Virus record (IMG/VR): IMGVR_UViG_3300050016_000171 | Coordinates: 1-64,000 of that record | Reading direction: 5' to 3' (one strand) | From: a virus | DNA: 64,000 nucleotides | Shown: positions 40,005-50,739 of the stretch, one piece after another | Layout of the letters: the number at the start of each line of letters is the position of its first letter | Numbering within the stretch: position 1 is the stretch's first letter | The notes under the pieces: generated by a model | Seen by the model: only the letters and a program-made list of their open reading frames with translations | Told to the model about the DNA's origin: nothing | Database searches by the model: none | Position numbers and translations under genes: made by a program

Positions 40005-40033
40005 ATTCTACTATAAGTGGGGCTCTTTGTCAA
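40005..40033 (-). promoter_or_regulatory. sigma70-type early promoter
   Basis: TTGACA-17 bp-TAGAAT. Confidence 0.8.
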
Positions 40034-40036
40034 GTA

Positions 40037-40954
40037 TTATTTCTCGTCCAGACCCAATTTCCTCAGCAACCCGCAAGGCGTGAGGCGACGGCGGGCGCTT
40101 GCGGCGCTGTTGATGTTCCTTGCGTCTAACTTTTGAGATAACAGTACCTTCACGCGACCCATCTCCTTGTTCCAAAGCGCGCCCCGCAGAGTGGAGAGAT
40201 AACTGATTTCTGCGTTGATGTTTTCAATCGTGATTTTAACTAATTCCTCATACTCCGGCGAGGCTTGAGTGAACGCGCTAAGGAATTTGAAGGCCTCTAC
40301 GACGGGGGTGTTCATCGGAATAGCCGCCCCCGGGTGCCGGAAGAAATCCTCAATGAGTTTGCCGGGGGCATAGGCGGCGACGGCAGCATCATGCACTCGA
40401 TTGAGACGGGCACACTCGATTGTGGCACCGGCTCGGCTTCCTGCCTTAAAACTGGCGTTTACCAGATAATGACGAATGGACAAGCCCGTGTGGTTGTCCA
40501 CGACGACATCATAAAACCCGTTCCCGGTGACGCGGTATCGAGGCTTGACTGCCGCCGCCGCTTCGCGGATCTCGTCTTGCACTTCCTTAAGGACGTGGAT
40601 TCGCGGCATACCATGGCCGTAGGGCGAGCCCAACGCCCGGCCCATCGTGGGGAACCGACCGTCTAACCCGGCCTGCATACCCGAACGCATCTGGTTCTGC
40701 AATTTATCGATAATGCTCGCGTTGGTCGAGTCGGGATTCAGATCTGATCCCACGCCCTTGGAAAATTCGGTCAAGGGGTTGATCTTCAGGAACGTGGCTC
40801 GAACTTGCTCGGGGAAACGCAGTTCTAATTCGTAGGCTCTGTCCACGGCGAAGTACTTGGACACCCCGGGTCGGTGCCAGTATCCTGAATTGGGCGTCTT
40901 CTCCGTCCAGCCCGCCTCAAGCAATTGCTCTGTGCGAAACTCTTTGTTAGTCAT
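40037..40954 (-). CDS. hypothetical protein
   Basis: 305-aa ORF with AGGAG RBS. Confidence 0.65.
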   Translation of the reverse strand: MTNKEFRTEQLLEAGWTEKTPNSGYWHRPGVSKYFAVDRAYELELRFPEQVRATFLKINPLTEFSKGVGSDLNPDSTNASIIDKLQNQMRSGMQAGLDGRFPTMGRALGSPYGHGMPRIHVLKEVQDEIREAAAAVKPRYRVTGNGFYDVVVDNHTGLSIRHYLVNASFKAGSRAGATIECARLNRVHDAAVAAYAPGKLIEDFFRHPGAAIPMNTPVVEAFKFLSAFTQASPEYEELVKITIENINAEISYLSTLRGALWNKEMGRVKVLLSQKLDARNINSAASARRRLTPCGLLRKLGLDEK

Positions 40955-41109
40955 GTTATCTCCTCGGGAGCCAGATCACATTCTGTGAAGGCTCGAAGTA
41001 AATTTGCATAATCTCGTGGCCTAACTTTGCTACTAACGCCATCGTCGCCAAGAACAACAGGGCCGAAACCACTACTGCGAAAAGAAAGGGGCCTCGCGGC
41101 CCCCTCCCG

Positions 41110-42234
41110 TTACTGTTGGTGAAGTTGTAGACTGTCATTCGTGATCACCGGCTTGCAAGGGTTCTTGCCCTTGGGCGTCGTTGGATTGCACGTGAAAGGC
41201 TTCTCACGTCCGTACTTCCTTGCCGCCACTGCGATATTCACAGGAGGCGTCGGCACAGGAGCATAGGTGACGTAGTTGTTGACCACGGGCGTTGGCACGA
41301 TAATCGTGGCCGGGGCCTCGATTGCGCCGGTGCGCGTGGGCTCATCCAAAGGATACACCTTGACAACGGGAGACTGAGGTGCTGGCAAACAATCTTCCAT
41401 CGTGACGCCCGCTTCCTTCGCATACTTGTTCAGGATGAAAATCTTGCAGCGGGCAACAAGAGACGGGGCCACGCGCGACGCTTCGAGCCGTGCGCAGTTC
41501 TCGTCAATCTTCCCGCCGCCGAAAGACACACCGAACATGGTCCCTTGGGCGCCGCCAGAGAACCCCTTGAAGCATGGAGTCGTCGGCAGAACCGTCGGAG
41601 CAACCGCCGTCGAAACTTGTCGGGGGTTATTGATAACCGTCGACGAGTCGTTGCTGTTGTTGCCGTTTCCTACGCCGTTCCCCGAAGCCGTCGCTGTTGA
41701 GTTCCCTGAATTGCTGAGCGATTGACTTTGGTTTTGTTTTTGGTTTCCGCCGGTTGCCGTGGCCGAACCTCCTGCTCCTCCCTGACCTCCAGATGCTTTA
41801 ACGTTATTGGTGACATTAGAGTTCCCTGAATTGGAAACTCCAGAGACGCTATTGCCACCAGTTGCGTTCCCTCCGGTCGCGTTGCCACTCGTTGCCGAAG
41901 AAGTGGATTGGCTTCGTCCACCAGTTGCCGAAGAAGTTGAAGCAGAGTTTGCTGTCGAGTTACTGTTGCTAGTCGCCGACGCATTCGCATTGCTGTTTCC
42001 TCCTGTAGGCGGTGTCGTCGGCGGTTTCGGAACTTCGCAGACGTAATAGTCTTTCGGGTTCGTCGCGTCACTGCCGATATAGAATTGGCCGTCCCCGTCG
42101 CCTGCCGTGCCGGAAGGCTTGACAGAACCCACATCGACGCGCGACGCCAACGGATCACTACAGTTCCATGCTTTTGCTGGTCCTGCGATGACCAATGATG
42201 CGAGTACAAATACCGCAGCGATTACTGCTTTCAT
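41110..42234 (-). CDS. secreted Ser/Gly/Asn-rich protein
   Basis: Signal peptide; low-complexity linker; PC..GFSGG...DENC..L Cys domain. Confidence 0.7.
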   Translation of the reverse strand: MKAVIAAVFVLASLVIAGPAKAWNCSDPLASRVDVGSVKPSGTAGDGDGQFYIGSDATNPKDYYVCEVPKPPTTPPTGGNSNANASATSNSNSTANSASTSSATGGRSQSTSSATSGNATGGNATGGNSVSGVSNSGNSNVTNNVKASGGQGGAGGSATATGGNQKQNQSQSLSNSGNSTATASGNGVGNGNNSNDSSTVINNPRQVSTAVAPTVLPTTPCFKGFSGGAQGTMFGVSFGGGKIDENCARLEASRVAPSLVARCKIFILNKYAKEAGVTMEDCLPAPQSPVVKVYPLDEPTRTGAIEAPATIIVPTPVVNNYVTYAPVPTPPVNIAVAARKYGREKPFTCNPTTPKGKNPCKPVITNDSLQLHQQ

Positions 42235-42702
42235 GAGTCCTCCTCTTCGAACCTCTGTAGCCCTTCGTCCGGGCTCTCAGTGGCTTACAAACTCCCAAAT
42301 GAGTGATCCCATTAGCCATGATACAAATCCCACAGTTATCACAACCGCAAGAGTGAAGATGACGCAACAGACGGTGACGACCCCGGCCAGCATCGCCATG
42401 AATATTGTCACAAGCGCGTCAATCATGCGTTTTCCTCGAAGTCGATCTCGCCCAAGTCCACCACGCCCACCTCCTGAATCTCGATCACGTTCTTTTGGGC
42501 CTCGATCTTCTGTTGTCTCCGGCGCCGGATGTCCTCGATCATCTGAGGCGTCAACCTCAACACGATTTCGGATTTCATTTGATTGGCTCCTTTCGTGCCT
42601 TCACGATTTCGATACAACAGGGTCCGTAGAGATAGCGCCCGATCTTTTGAGTCTCGACAATTTCCACCGGCTTAGCGCACTTGGCGCAGCAAACAGTGGT
42701 AC

Positions 42703-43260
42703 TCATGCCTTGTCTCCGAACTCTAGGGGTCGCGCGGATAGGGGCCTGTAGGATTCCAAGCACTTTTCACGAGTGGCCTTGAATACCTTCTCTGCCGCGT
42801 CCCAAGCCTCCACCTCGGCGTCCCATTTCCCCCAAGGAGTTTGCTTCCCCCACTCCATAAACATGGATCTCTTGTTACCCGGCAGACCGGCCAAATAGGC
42901 CAGCGCGTGGCCGATCTCGTGGGTCATCACGGCCAAGGGATCGATATCCATCTTCTTAACTTGGCTCTCGTCCAGCGTTATTTCGAACTTGTTGGAATCT
43001 TGAGGGCCCTGAGGAGTTATACGCGAGCCTATCCAATCAGAACCTACAACGCGGAAATGAATAGAGAATTCTTGCTTTAGATTGGATTCAGAAACAGGGA
43101 TCTGTTGCTGTTCTAGTCTTGCGATAATTTCGGGGTCGAAGGAGCCGATCTCATACGGAGGACGCGGAATGGGCATCGACTCGTCGAATTCAGTAACTTG
43201 GGTGTGTTCGACGAAGTTGCCGTTCTTATCCGCAATGTACTTCTTCACGGTGCTTCGCAC
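42703..43260 (-). CDS. HExxH zinc metallopeptidase-like protein
   Basis: MTHEIGH...EVEAW. Confidence 0.65.
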   Translation of the reverse strand: MRSTVKKYIADKNGNFVEHTQVTEFDESMPIPRPPYEIGSFDPEIIARLEQQQIPVSESNLKQEFSIHFRVVGSDWIGSRITPQGPQDSNKFEITLDESQVKKMDIDPLAVMTHEIGHALAYLAGLPGNKRSMFMEWGKQTPWGKWDAEVEAWDAAEKVFKATREKCLESYRPLSARPLEFGDKA

Positions 43261-43341
43261 GTTTCCTCCTTTGTAGGGATGAGCCGTCTCCTCGCTCTGC
43301 GAGTGGTACGACGGCTCCCCTCGGTGATTTACCGTGAAAAC

Positions 43342-43370
43342 AGTCTACTATACTTGGGCCCGAATGTCAA
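43342..43370 (-). promoter_or_regulatory. sigma70-type early promoter
   Basis: TTGACA-17 bp-TAGACT. Confidence 0.8.
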
Positions 43371-44809
43371 GCGTTAAATCCACTTTGTTTTGCTTTCGTA
43401 TGAGGGCTGCAACTTGACGCTCGGCCAGCGAACCCTCAAGCACGAGATGCTTATAGAGCACCTTCAGGAACTGCCCTATGCGATGGATGCGATCTTCGGC
43501 CTGAGTAACGATGCCGGGTACCCAATCCCGCTCCACGAAGATCATCAGGTGGGCCGCAGTCATCGTGAAACCCACTCCCATGGCCCCGATAGTTCCCACG
43601 GCCACGTGAACGTCGGGATCGGTCTGGAAGCCGTCTACCAGTTCCTGACGGCGCATAGACGGCACTGTGCCATCGATTAGAACGGCGCCCCGGGCCTCGA
43701 AATGCTTGTGGATGGCTTGGGCCACCTCGACGTGCCAGCACATGACTACGATTTTGTCGTGCTCCTCAAGGTCGGACTCGATCACTTCGATGGCCGGGGC
43801 CACCATTTCCAGCCCCAACTTCTTCATGGCGCCACTGTGATCTTGAAACCCCACGGTGAGCAAATCGTCCTCGTCGCGGTTGCCCAATAACTGGTCGAAT
43901 TCCACCATTTGACGGGCGATAGCCTTCTTAACCGTCGCATTTCTGCCGGTTATGGGGACGATCATCCGGCGCTTAGGGGGCAGCTGGGGCAGGACGTCGG
44001 CCTTCAGGCGGCGGACCATAAACTTCGAGCGCATGTATTCTTGCAGTTCTTCGAGGTTGTCGGCCTCGTCCCAGATCCAGCCCGCGTGCATTTCCTTACC
44101 CTGTGCGGGATCGAATCTCTTGATCTCCAAAAGTTTGCAGTATCGACGGGCGAACCTATACCAGTCCGCGCCCAGCCCTGTGGGGTCCAAGGCCTGAATG
44201 ATATTCCACAGTTCCTTGGGCTTCCCGTTGAGCGTGGGCGTTCCGGTCAGCATGACAAGTTTTCTTGCTGGAATACTTGACACTCGCTCCACGATCCTAT
44301 TGTTCTCGTCTCGCTTGATGCCTCCCAACACCTCGCGGGTGCGGTCGGCGCGCCGGTTCTTCAGCTTGTGAACCTCGTCCACGATCACCACGTCCCATTT
44401 CTTCTCGCGCAGCGCCACACGATGATCCTTCAGGATTTCGTAGTTGATGATCGCGACGTCCGTGTCAGGGAACTCGCCCTGTCGGCCCTCGACGATGCCG
44501 ATGGTCAGGCCCTTGACGTCCCATTTCTTGAACTCGTTGCGCCAGTGGGGCTTGAGGAAGCCGGGACACACGATCAGAACTCGGCGGGCGTCGTCGTAGT
44601 AGTTGCACAGGCCTACGGACTGGATGGTCTTGCCGGAGCCGGGGTCGTCGGCCAGAAGGGTGCCGGAGTGTGTTGCGATGTATTCGATACCAGCTAATTG
44701 GAAGGGGAGGTATTTCTGGTCGGCGGGGCAGGGAACTGCGAGATCCGAAGTCAGGGCGCGCGAGGGATCGGCGGGCGGCTTACGTAGACGCTTGAGTCGA
44801 ATCGGAATT
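43348..44809 (-). CDS. SNF2-family helicase (start uncertain)
   Basis: LLADDPGSGKT, IVDEVH, LTGTP, GVGFTMT, QAEDRIHRIGQ. Confidence 0.88.
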
Positions 44810-45019
44810 GTACCAATCTCCCTTCTCCATGATGGGTTTCTCGAATTGGCCCTTACTGTTGCGCCACATCGGGATGCCGTCGCTGAAACGGATAAGTTTG
44901 TGCTTGCAGCGGTAGCACTTGCCGCACCGGCTGCACTTGTACTCCATGATGCAGCCGCAGACTTGTCTACGTATCGATGTCGGTCCTTCAGACTGCGTAA
45001 TTTCAAACTCTATCGTCAT
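44780..45019 (-). CDS. small Cys-rich protein
   Basis: CGC...CSRCGKCYRC; GGAG RBS; ATGA-coupled. Confidence 0.55.
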   Translation of the reverse strand: MTIEFEITQSEGPTSIRRQVCGCIMEYKCSRCGKCYRCKHKLIRFSDGIPMWRNSKGQFEKPIMEKGDWYNSDSTQAST

Positions 45020-45978
45020 GCCCGAATCTCCAATTTGTGCAAATCCTCGAAAGTCAGATCGTGGTGCGCCAAATCCGGTAGATGAGACTGAAGAAGACGA
45101 AGCCTAGCAATCGCGCATTCTGCACCAGCGATTGTGCCCAAATTACGTCCGATCTCTGACATCACATGATAATGGGTCATATAGCCGCTGCTGAAATCAC
45201 TGCTCTTCATTTCGCGATCCCTCTCGTAACGAGCCATACGCTTTTTGGCACCTTTTAATAGGTGGGCGCCTTCCTCAAGCTGTCCTTGCCAGAAAGACAG
45301 CCGGTCGCGAAAATGCTGGTGCAATTCCTCGGCGGTGTAACGCAGCTTAAATGCCATGTTGTTCCTCCTTCTTGTCGCGCTCAATGTGGTGGGCCCAGTG
45401 CTTCTTCACGAAAGGCCACGCGACACATCCCACTACGCCATCGAACAAGGCCATCAGGAACAACTCGAATTCCCAGTGGGCCGCGTTATGCAGCAGAGAC
45501 CAGAATGTTTCGGGATCACTCATGATTTGAGCACCGTCCCGCTCTTCTTGATTTCTTCGAGTTGCGCAAGGGCTTCTTTTCTGATCATGATTTCGGACTC
45601 TTCTGACAACGTATCGAAGGTCAATTCGTCGTGAACCACCTCGATTTGAAATACAGCGAAATTCGTAAATCGGAACCATCCACGGTCCTTTATGAGAAGG
45701 TCTACCATATATCCTTTGGGGAGGGCCGCGGGTTTCGCCGCGCGCAATTGCTTGACACACGCCCGAATCCCCGCGATGGTCAGGACGGGCTCTTTACTTT
45801 TCTTAGACATCGGCGTGGCCCCCTTTCAACAATTTATATGTGGCCGTCTCACTTGCCCGACGCTGTACCCACGCATGAAGCGCCCCAGCCCAGCGAAGCG
45901 CATCGCGCCAGAACGTGGTGTAGCACACAACCCAGATTGCGCCGTTGCAGGTTCTTGTTCGGTGATGCTCTTCGTAGT

Positions 45979-47094
45979 TCATTCCCCCTCCGTTCGAAAA
46001 GTCATGTCGTCGCCCCGGGGTTTTATTTGTCTCCAAATGATCGGAGCCGGGTCGTGCCCGTCGAGCATCGCGAACAGCGTCCCCAAAAGATTGGGGTCTG
46101 AAATCCGTTTGATATATTGAGCAAATTGCGCACGATACTCTCGGTCAGTCCCGTTCAGCCAAGGATCGGGTCGATTCATGAAAATCTTTCGGGCCTCTAT
46201 GTACAGACAATTGAAATCTCCGTTCAGTTTCTCGGACCAAGACGTCAGCCACTTCTTGAAGTGCTCGGGCGTGTGCTCGAAACCCCCAGTGCCGGTCCCG
46301 TTCGACAGCAGTTCCCACACGCTGCGCGCGTTCATGCCCGTGACGATCTTGTGCAGGCGCAGATAGTCGGCCATCTTGACTTTGATCTTCAAGGGCGAGC
46401 CCGTGCCGTTGCGATAGGTCAGGACGTAGCCCTCTTCATTTTCGATGTTGGCTGCTTTCAGCGCAGCCAAGGACAGATTGTATTCTTCTGTGACGCGGAT
46501 GCCGTTGTACCTTCCGCAGTCCACCAACGTGGGGTAATGATACTCCCAGCCGGTGCATATATCCACGAGCCCGATCAGCACCAACCCTTCGAAATCGTAC
46601 TTCACCACGATTCGATTCTCGGGATAGATGATCTCGAACAGAGGTGTCGCAGGTGTAGTCACGCAATCCACGAACCCATCAGGACACGCTCTATTGAACC
46701 ATTCGGTGGCCCACTGCGATTGCGGACTCGTGAAACTCCCGCGAGTCGCGATGCCTTGATGGCCGTCGTACTTCCAATAGACGCCCAAACTACCATCGTA
46801 TTTCTTTGTGACCATCGGAAAAAATTGCGGCAGGTTCTCTTCCCACGTCTCCGGCAGGTTTGATGTCTGAAGGTTGTGAAACTTCTTGAAAGGGCGCGCG
46901 ACAATGTTATCGTTGTCGTCCACGATCAAGCCCCGGCAGAAGTCGATAGTGCCGCCCCACTTATTCTCGAACTGCGCGTGGGATGTGTAGTTATAGATGC
47001 GCAAAGGCAACGTGGGATGACGCTGGCAGCCCACGAAATGATCGTGCGCCAACTGTACCAACTCCTTAATGTCCAGCAATGCGCCCAGTTTCAT
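45979..47094 (-). CDS. RNA ligase, T4 Rnl1 family
   Basis: CRGLI...ARPFKKFHN, motif I KYDGSLG, ATRGSF, LFEIIYPEN, EGYV, KIKVK. Confidence 0.9.
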   Translation of the reverse strand: MKLGALLDIKELVQLAHDHFVGCQRHPTLPLRIYNYTSHAQFENKWGGTIDFCRGLIVDDNDNIVARPFKKFHNLQTSNLPETWEENLPQFFPMVTKKYDGSLGVYWKYDGHQGIATRGSFTSPQSQWATEWFNRACPDGFVDCVTTPATPLFEIIYPENRIVVKYDFEGLVLIGLVDICTGWEYHYPTLVDCGRYNGIRVTEEYNLSLAALKAANIENEEGYVLTYRNGTGSPLKIKVKMADYLRLHKIVTGMNARSVWELLSNGTGTGGFEHTPEHFKKWLTSWSEKLNGDFNCLYIEARKIFMNRPDPWLNGTDREYRAQFAQYIKRISDPNLLGTLFAMLDGHDPAPIIWRQIKPRGDDMTFRTEGE

Positions 47095-47163
47095 TTGCCC
47101 TCCTTCGAACGAATCAAGATATCAACAATGCGCAGGGTTATGAACCCGCAAGCCAACACGCAC

Positions 47164-47192
47164 ATTATAGTGACTTGCGCGTCTTCTGTCAA
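47164..47192 (-). promoter_or_regulatory. consensus sigma70 promoter upstream of the Rnl1-family ligase
   Basis: TTGACA-17 bp-TATAAT. Confidence 0.8.
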
Positions 47193-47214
47193 GTGCTGAA
47201 ACCAGTGTACCACA

Positions 47215-47469
47215 TTACCCCTCGGCGTCGATTTTCGCCAGCTCAAGTTTCAGACGATGCACGCGCGTCTCCCCTTCCACGAAGTCCGCGATCTCGCGAA
47301 GACAACCCTCGTCAAAAATCGAGGTGGTTGTTTCGCATACGTATTTTCGCCATGGGGCGTACCAGTAGACGTCGCCCAACTTCGGGCCACCGGCTGCGGC
47401 CTCTACAACCCAACGCTTAGTCTTGCCACTGGGGCTCGTGCCGTTCTCGGTGAATTTGATGTAGCTCAC
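47215..47469 (-). CDS. hypothetical phage protein
   Basis: KTKRW...WYAPWRKY motif. Confidence 0.6.
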   Translation of the reverse strand: MSYIKFTENGTSPSGKTKRWVVEAAAGGPKLGDVYWYAPWRKYVCETTTSIFDEGCLREIADFVEGETRVHRLKLELAKIDAEG

Positions 47470-47774
47470 AGTGTGTAGTCCTTTATGTTCTTGGCCGACT
47501 TGGGGCCGCGAACGATCTCCGCGAGAACGCCGCGCCGCACCCGGCGATACTGAGGCGCGCCGATCCGGCGAAGTTGCTGCTCAATGATATCGAGACGGCT
47601 TTCAATGGCTGGCAAATCCCTGTTCAAAACTTTCGAAATTTCCATCAACCACTTATGATGATCGGGGTCATGCTTCATAGCTAGCTCTGAAGCATCCCAA
47701 GTCAAACGCGCAATGTCCTCGACTGTCGCATTTTTGATGAAGTTCTCCCGAGATGTTAGCTTTTTCTTAGACAT
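47466..47774 (-). CDS. hypothetical protein
   Basis: GGAGG RBS. Confidence 0.55.
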   Translation of the reverse strand: MSKKKLTSRENFIKNATVEDIARLTWDASELAMKHDPDHHKWLMEISKVLNRDLPAIESRLDIIEQQLRRIGAPQYRRVRRGVLAEIVRGPKSAKNIKDYTL

Positions 47775-48450
47775 CTTTTCCTCCCGTGAAATCCTTGGTC
47801 TTCAACTTCGTGATAATCCGGTGATGGTGCTTGTCGAACAGCGTCTCAATGGTCCGGCCCACGAGACCTTCGGCCTTCTTGGCGGCTCCCGGAATGTGAC
47901 TGACGAATCCTGCGCGTACGAAATCGGTGGCTTCGTCGAGAGACCAGTCCCCCATGAAGGGCACCACATCCAGTCCCAGTTTCGCTCCGACATCTTCAAC
48001 TTGTTCCTGATTCAACCACCACTGGCCGTCTACGAACACGTCGAACAGAATGAACTTCTTGGTCGCGCTGTACTGCATGCCGCTCTTCTGGATTCCGGCG
48101 CCGTAGCCCTCGCCGTAGAGCACGACGGGGCACTGGAACGAACGCCCCATCTTCTCGGGCGTTACTATGCCAAGGATATTCTGAACCAAATCCGCGGACA
48201 TGTTGGCGTTGTCCGTGCGCCCGCCGACTTTAACCGATGCTGGTATCCGGGGATCTGGGTACGGATCGGTATTACACGCCGCGGCGGATTCCGGCGCAAA
48301 CATGATGCGCACGTTCGTGCCATCAATTTTCTCTGTCCAGCGCCACGTTTTGAAAATGCTGTACGCCCTGTTCTTGAACTCGCCCGGGATCACCGAGAAA
48401 GTTTTGGGGTCGCGCTCGTAGAGGGTCTCGATCTTTTGGTATTCGCTCAT
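47767..48450 (-). CDS. RNA ligase, Rnl2-like adenylyltransferase domain
   Basis: Start MSEYQKIET; EKIDGTN, LYGEGYG, FILFDV, AEGLV, KLK. Confidence 0.85.
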   Translation of the reverse strand: MSEYQKIETLYERDPKTFSVIPGEFKNRAYSIFKTWRWTEKIDGTNVRIMFAPESAAACNTDPYPDPRIPASVKVGGRTDNANMSADLVQNILGIVTPEKMGRSFQCPVVLYGEGYGAGIQKSGMQYSATKKFILFDVFVDGQWWLNQEQVEDVGAKLGLDVVPFMGDWSLDEATDFVRAGFVSHIPGAAKKAEGLVGRTIETLFDKHHHRIITKLKTKDFTGGKDV

Positions 48451-48689
48451 GATACCTCCGCGCCGAATTTGGAAATAAGCAACCACGACATCACTGCGAA
48501 GAATCCCCGGGGCAGAACGGTGAAAGCCTCCACGATAATCAAGGCCAATCCCTGCCAGTAACCTTGGGGCCTCAGGAAGTGCCACGCCAGAATGTCCGCG
48601 CCCAGAATAAGGAGCAGGGCCACTAGGGTGGCGAGTATCAGGAACAGGCCGAACACCACATAGTTCGTTGGCCAAGTAAAGTTACTCAT
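48447..48689 (-). CDS. small membrane protein
   Basis: Two hydrophobic helices; GGAG RBS. Confidence 0.55.
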   Translation of the reverse strand: MSNFTWPTNYVVFGLFLILATLVALLLILGADILAWHFLRPQGYWQGLALIIVEAFTVLPRGFFAVMSWLLISKFGAEVS

Positions 48690-49186
48690 GATTACTCCAG
48701 ATGATACCGAGACCGACAAACGCCAATGCAAACCAAGGATGCCCCATGAAAAGGCAAACCAACGCGATAATGAATATGAAACCCATAGTTCCTCCTTACC
48801 AAAATTTGACGAGAAAGTGCTGAATGATCAGAACAGCGCCGACCCCCAGTGCTATCGTGCCCGCGACTTCGATAGTGGTGACAGCAATGATGAACGCAAT
48901 TACAACTTTATCAAGTTTGTCAATTTTCATGGCCGAAATCCTCCTTTGAACGCCACCCAGATCGTGACGAATGGAATCAGGTTCATACACAAACGCTTCT
49001 GCTTCGTCGAATAGTGCGCACCTACCCACATGCTGCCCTAGCGGAGCAGCACGCCCACGGTTGTCTTATGCACGCGCTTGGCTTCGAGGGCCAGAGACTC
49101 CGTAGTCCACGGCGGATCGGGATGGAAGATGCCAGCCATAATGTCGCGACTGACGCGCTGACAAAGATCGTTTTCATAAGTTGACA

Positions 49187-50074
49187 TTAAAAATCTCCGT
49201 CCGCTACTTGATAGCACGTCAGGCCGTTCTTGCGCCACATCGCGACAACACGGTCGCGGTCGTCGATTGTGAACGCAACGCGATCTCGGGGCAGCAGGTT
49301 CAGGATGTCTTGCTTCACGAGCGTGTCGTCCCTACGATCTCCCGCGTTACGCATGAAGATGTGATGATAGGGCACGTTGTTCTTCGCAAGCCACTCCACC
49401 GTGCTGAACGCCGACGACCCCGCGTCTCTGCCGGACACGATGACAACCACGTGGGTTTCGTACAGGCCCCGCACCCAGTCCACGACCACCGAGAAAGGGG
49501 GATCGGCCAGAATCAAATCGTCGCGGTAAAAATAGTTCCAATCAACTTTCCCATTTTCTCGAAGTTTGCGCCTATGGCTGGTATCGGACAGTGTGCCGTC
49601 CACGTCCACGATCACGATGGGCTTGTTGGCGGGCCACTGGATCAGGCCGCGCGATAGCGCGAATCGCTCGACGACTACGCGGCCAACCTGCGCGCCACCC
49701 TTGGAGTACTTCCCCGCTCGCAGCGCATCCCGCCTTACACACTCGTCCACTGACACGTCGAAGAACTTGACCTCGACTGCCAAGCCCCACGCATTAGCCA
49801 ACTCGGTCCAGTAATTTACGTGGCGGTCGCTCAGATTCGTGTTGTCAATCAGGAGATTGTACCCATCTCCCGCGGCTTCGTGCGCGGCGAGATACGCGCG
49901 CTCAATCACGCGCTTCTCATTGGCTTTGGAAAACTTGTAGTTAGGAGATTCATGGCGAATGTCGTCCCACGACACTCGGGCCCACTTGTGGGGCTCGCGC
50001 TCCATCAGATCGTGGCAGTACGTGCTCTTCCCACTCGCCGGGAGACCGCTCAGTATTCGCATGATGCCGGGCAT
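49187..50074 (-). CDS. pseT: polynucleotide 5'-kinase/3'-phosphatase (T4 Pnkp-like)
   Basis: P-loop GLPASGKST; HAD motif DVDGT; SGR, MR..GDRR.D..VK, IDDR. Confidence 0.92.
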   Translation of the reverse strand: MPGIMRILSGLPASGKSTYCHDLMEREPHKWARVSWDDIRHESPNYKFSKANEKRVIERAYLAAHEAAGDGYNLLIDNTNLSDRHVNYWTELANAWGLAVEVKFFDVSVDECVRRDALRAGKYSKGGAQVGRVVVERFALSRGLIQWPANKPIVIVDVDGTLSDTSHRRKLRENGKVDWNYFYRDDLILADPPFSVVVDWVRGLYETHVVVIVSGRDAGSSAFSTVEWLAKNNVPYHHIFMRNAGDRRDDTLVKQDILNLLPRDRVAFTIDDRDRVVAMWRKNGLTCYQVADGDF

Positions 50075-50084
50075 TGGCCCTCCT

Positions 50085-50492
50085 TTAAGTGTGCTTAGGA
50101 TATATCAAAAATAGGTGTTTGTCAAGTCTTTTCGCGTATCGAATTGTCGCCCAAGTACCGGACCGAAGTACCTCAGTGTCTTCGCCCGGCGCCGCGACCA
50201 TCAGATCGCAAGCCTTGACGATGTTATGGTTGCGCGTCAAGTACTCCCGGGGCGTTTCTGTTCGACCGGACTCTACCCAAGCGCGCTTCGCAGTGTGTAT
50301 CGGCGGAAACGTCCAGATGCCGTACTTCATATCCCGGGCGATTCTCACAGCCTCGGCGTCCGCACCGATGCAGTCGCCGTGAAGAAACCATAACTCCTCG
50401 CCCCAATCCTCATAGATGCGCAAAAAGGCTTCGAGGACTTCTTTCTGGAAGTCCGTCATGCCCCGTTGCGTTCCTGTGAATCCGATTTTCAT
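50085..50492 (-). CDS. SLOG-superfamily (YspA/DprA-like) protein
   Basis: IGFTG, HGDCIGAD, RNHNIV, SGTWATIRYA. Confidence 0.8.
   Translation of the reverse strand: MKIGFTGTQRGMTDFQKEVLEAFLRIYEDWGEELWFLHGDCIGADAEAVRIARDMKYGIWTFPPIHTAKRAWVESGRTETPREYLTRNHNIVKACDLMVAAPGEDTEVLRSGTWATIRYAKRLDKHLFLIYPKHT
50097..50125 (-). promoter_or_regulatory. sigma70-type promoter upstream of Pnkp
   Basis: TTGACA-17 bp-TATCCT. Confidence 0.6.
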
Positions 50493-50739
50493 ATTTACTC
50501 CACGCAGACCCATCGAGGGGCGTGATTGATTCCGCATCTCACACATTTTGCGTGATGCGTATAAATGGGCATCCACCCCGACATCGCAGCGCACGTAAAG
50601 GAGCAGAATACTGGAATCAATTCATCGCGCTCGTCTGGCACCTCAACGTATTGAACTCCGCGCGAAGCGCCCTCCGGGTCTGCCCAATGCCGTCGGCGAT
50701 CAGCGCAACCCTGATGCGTCATGTAGCAGGGTTGACGTC

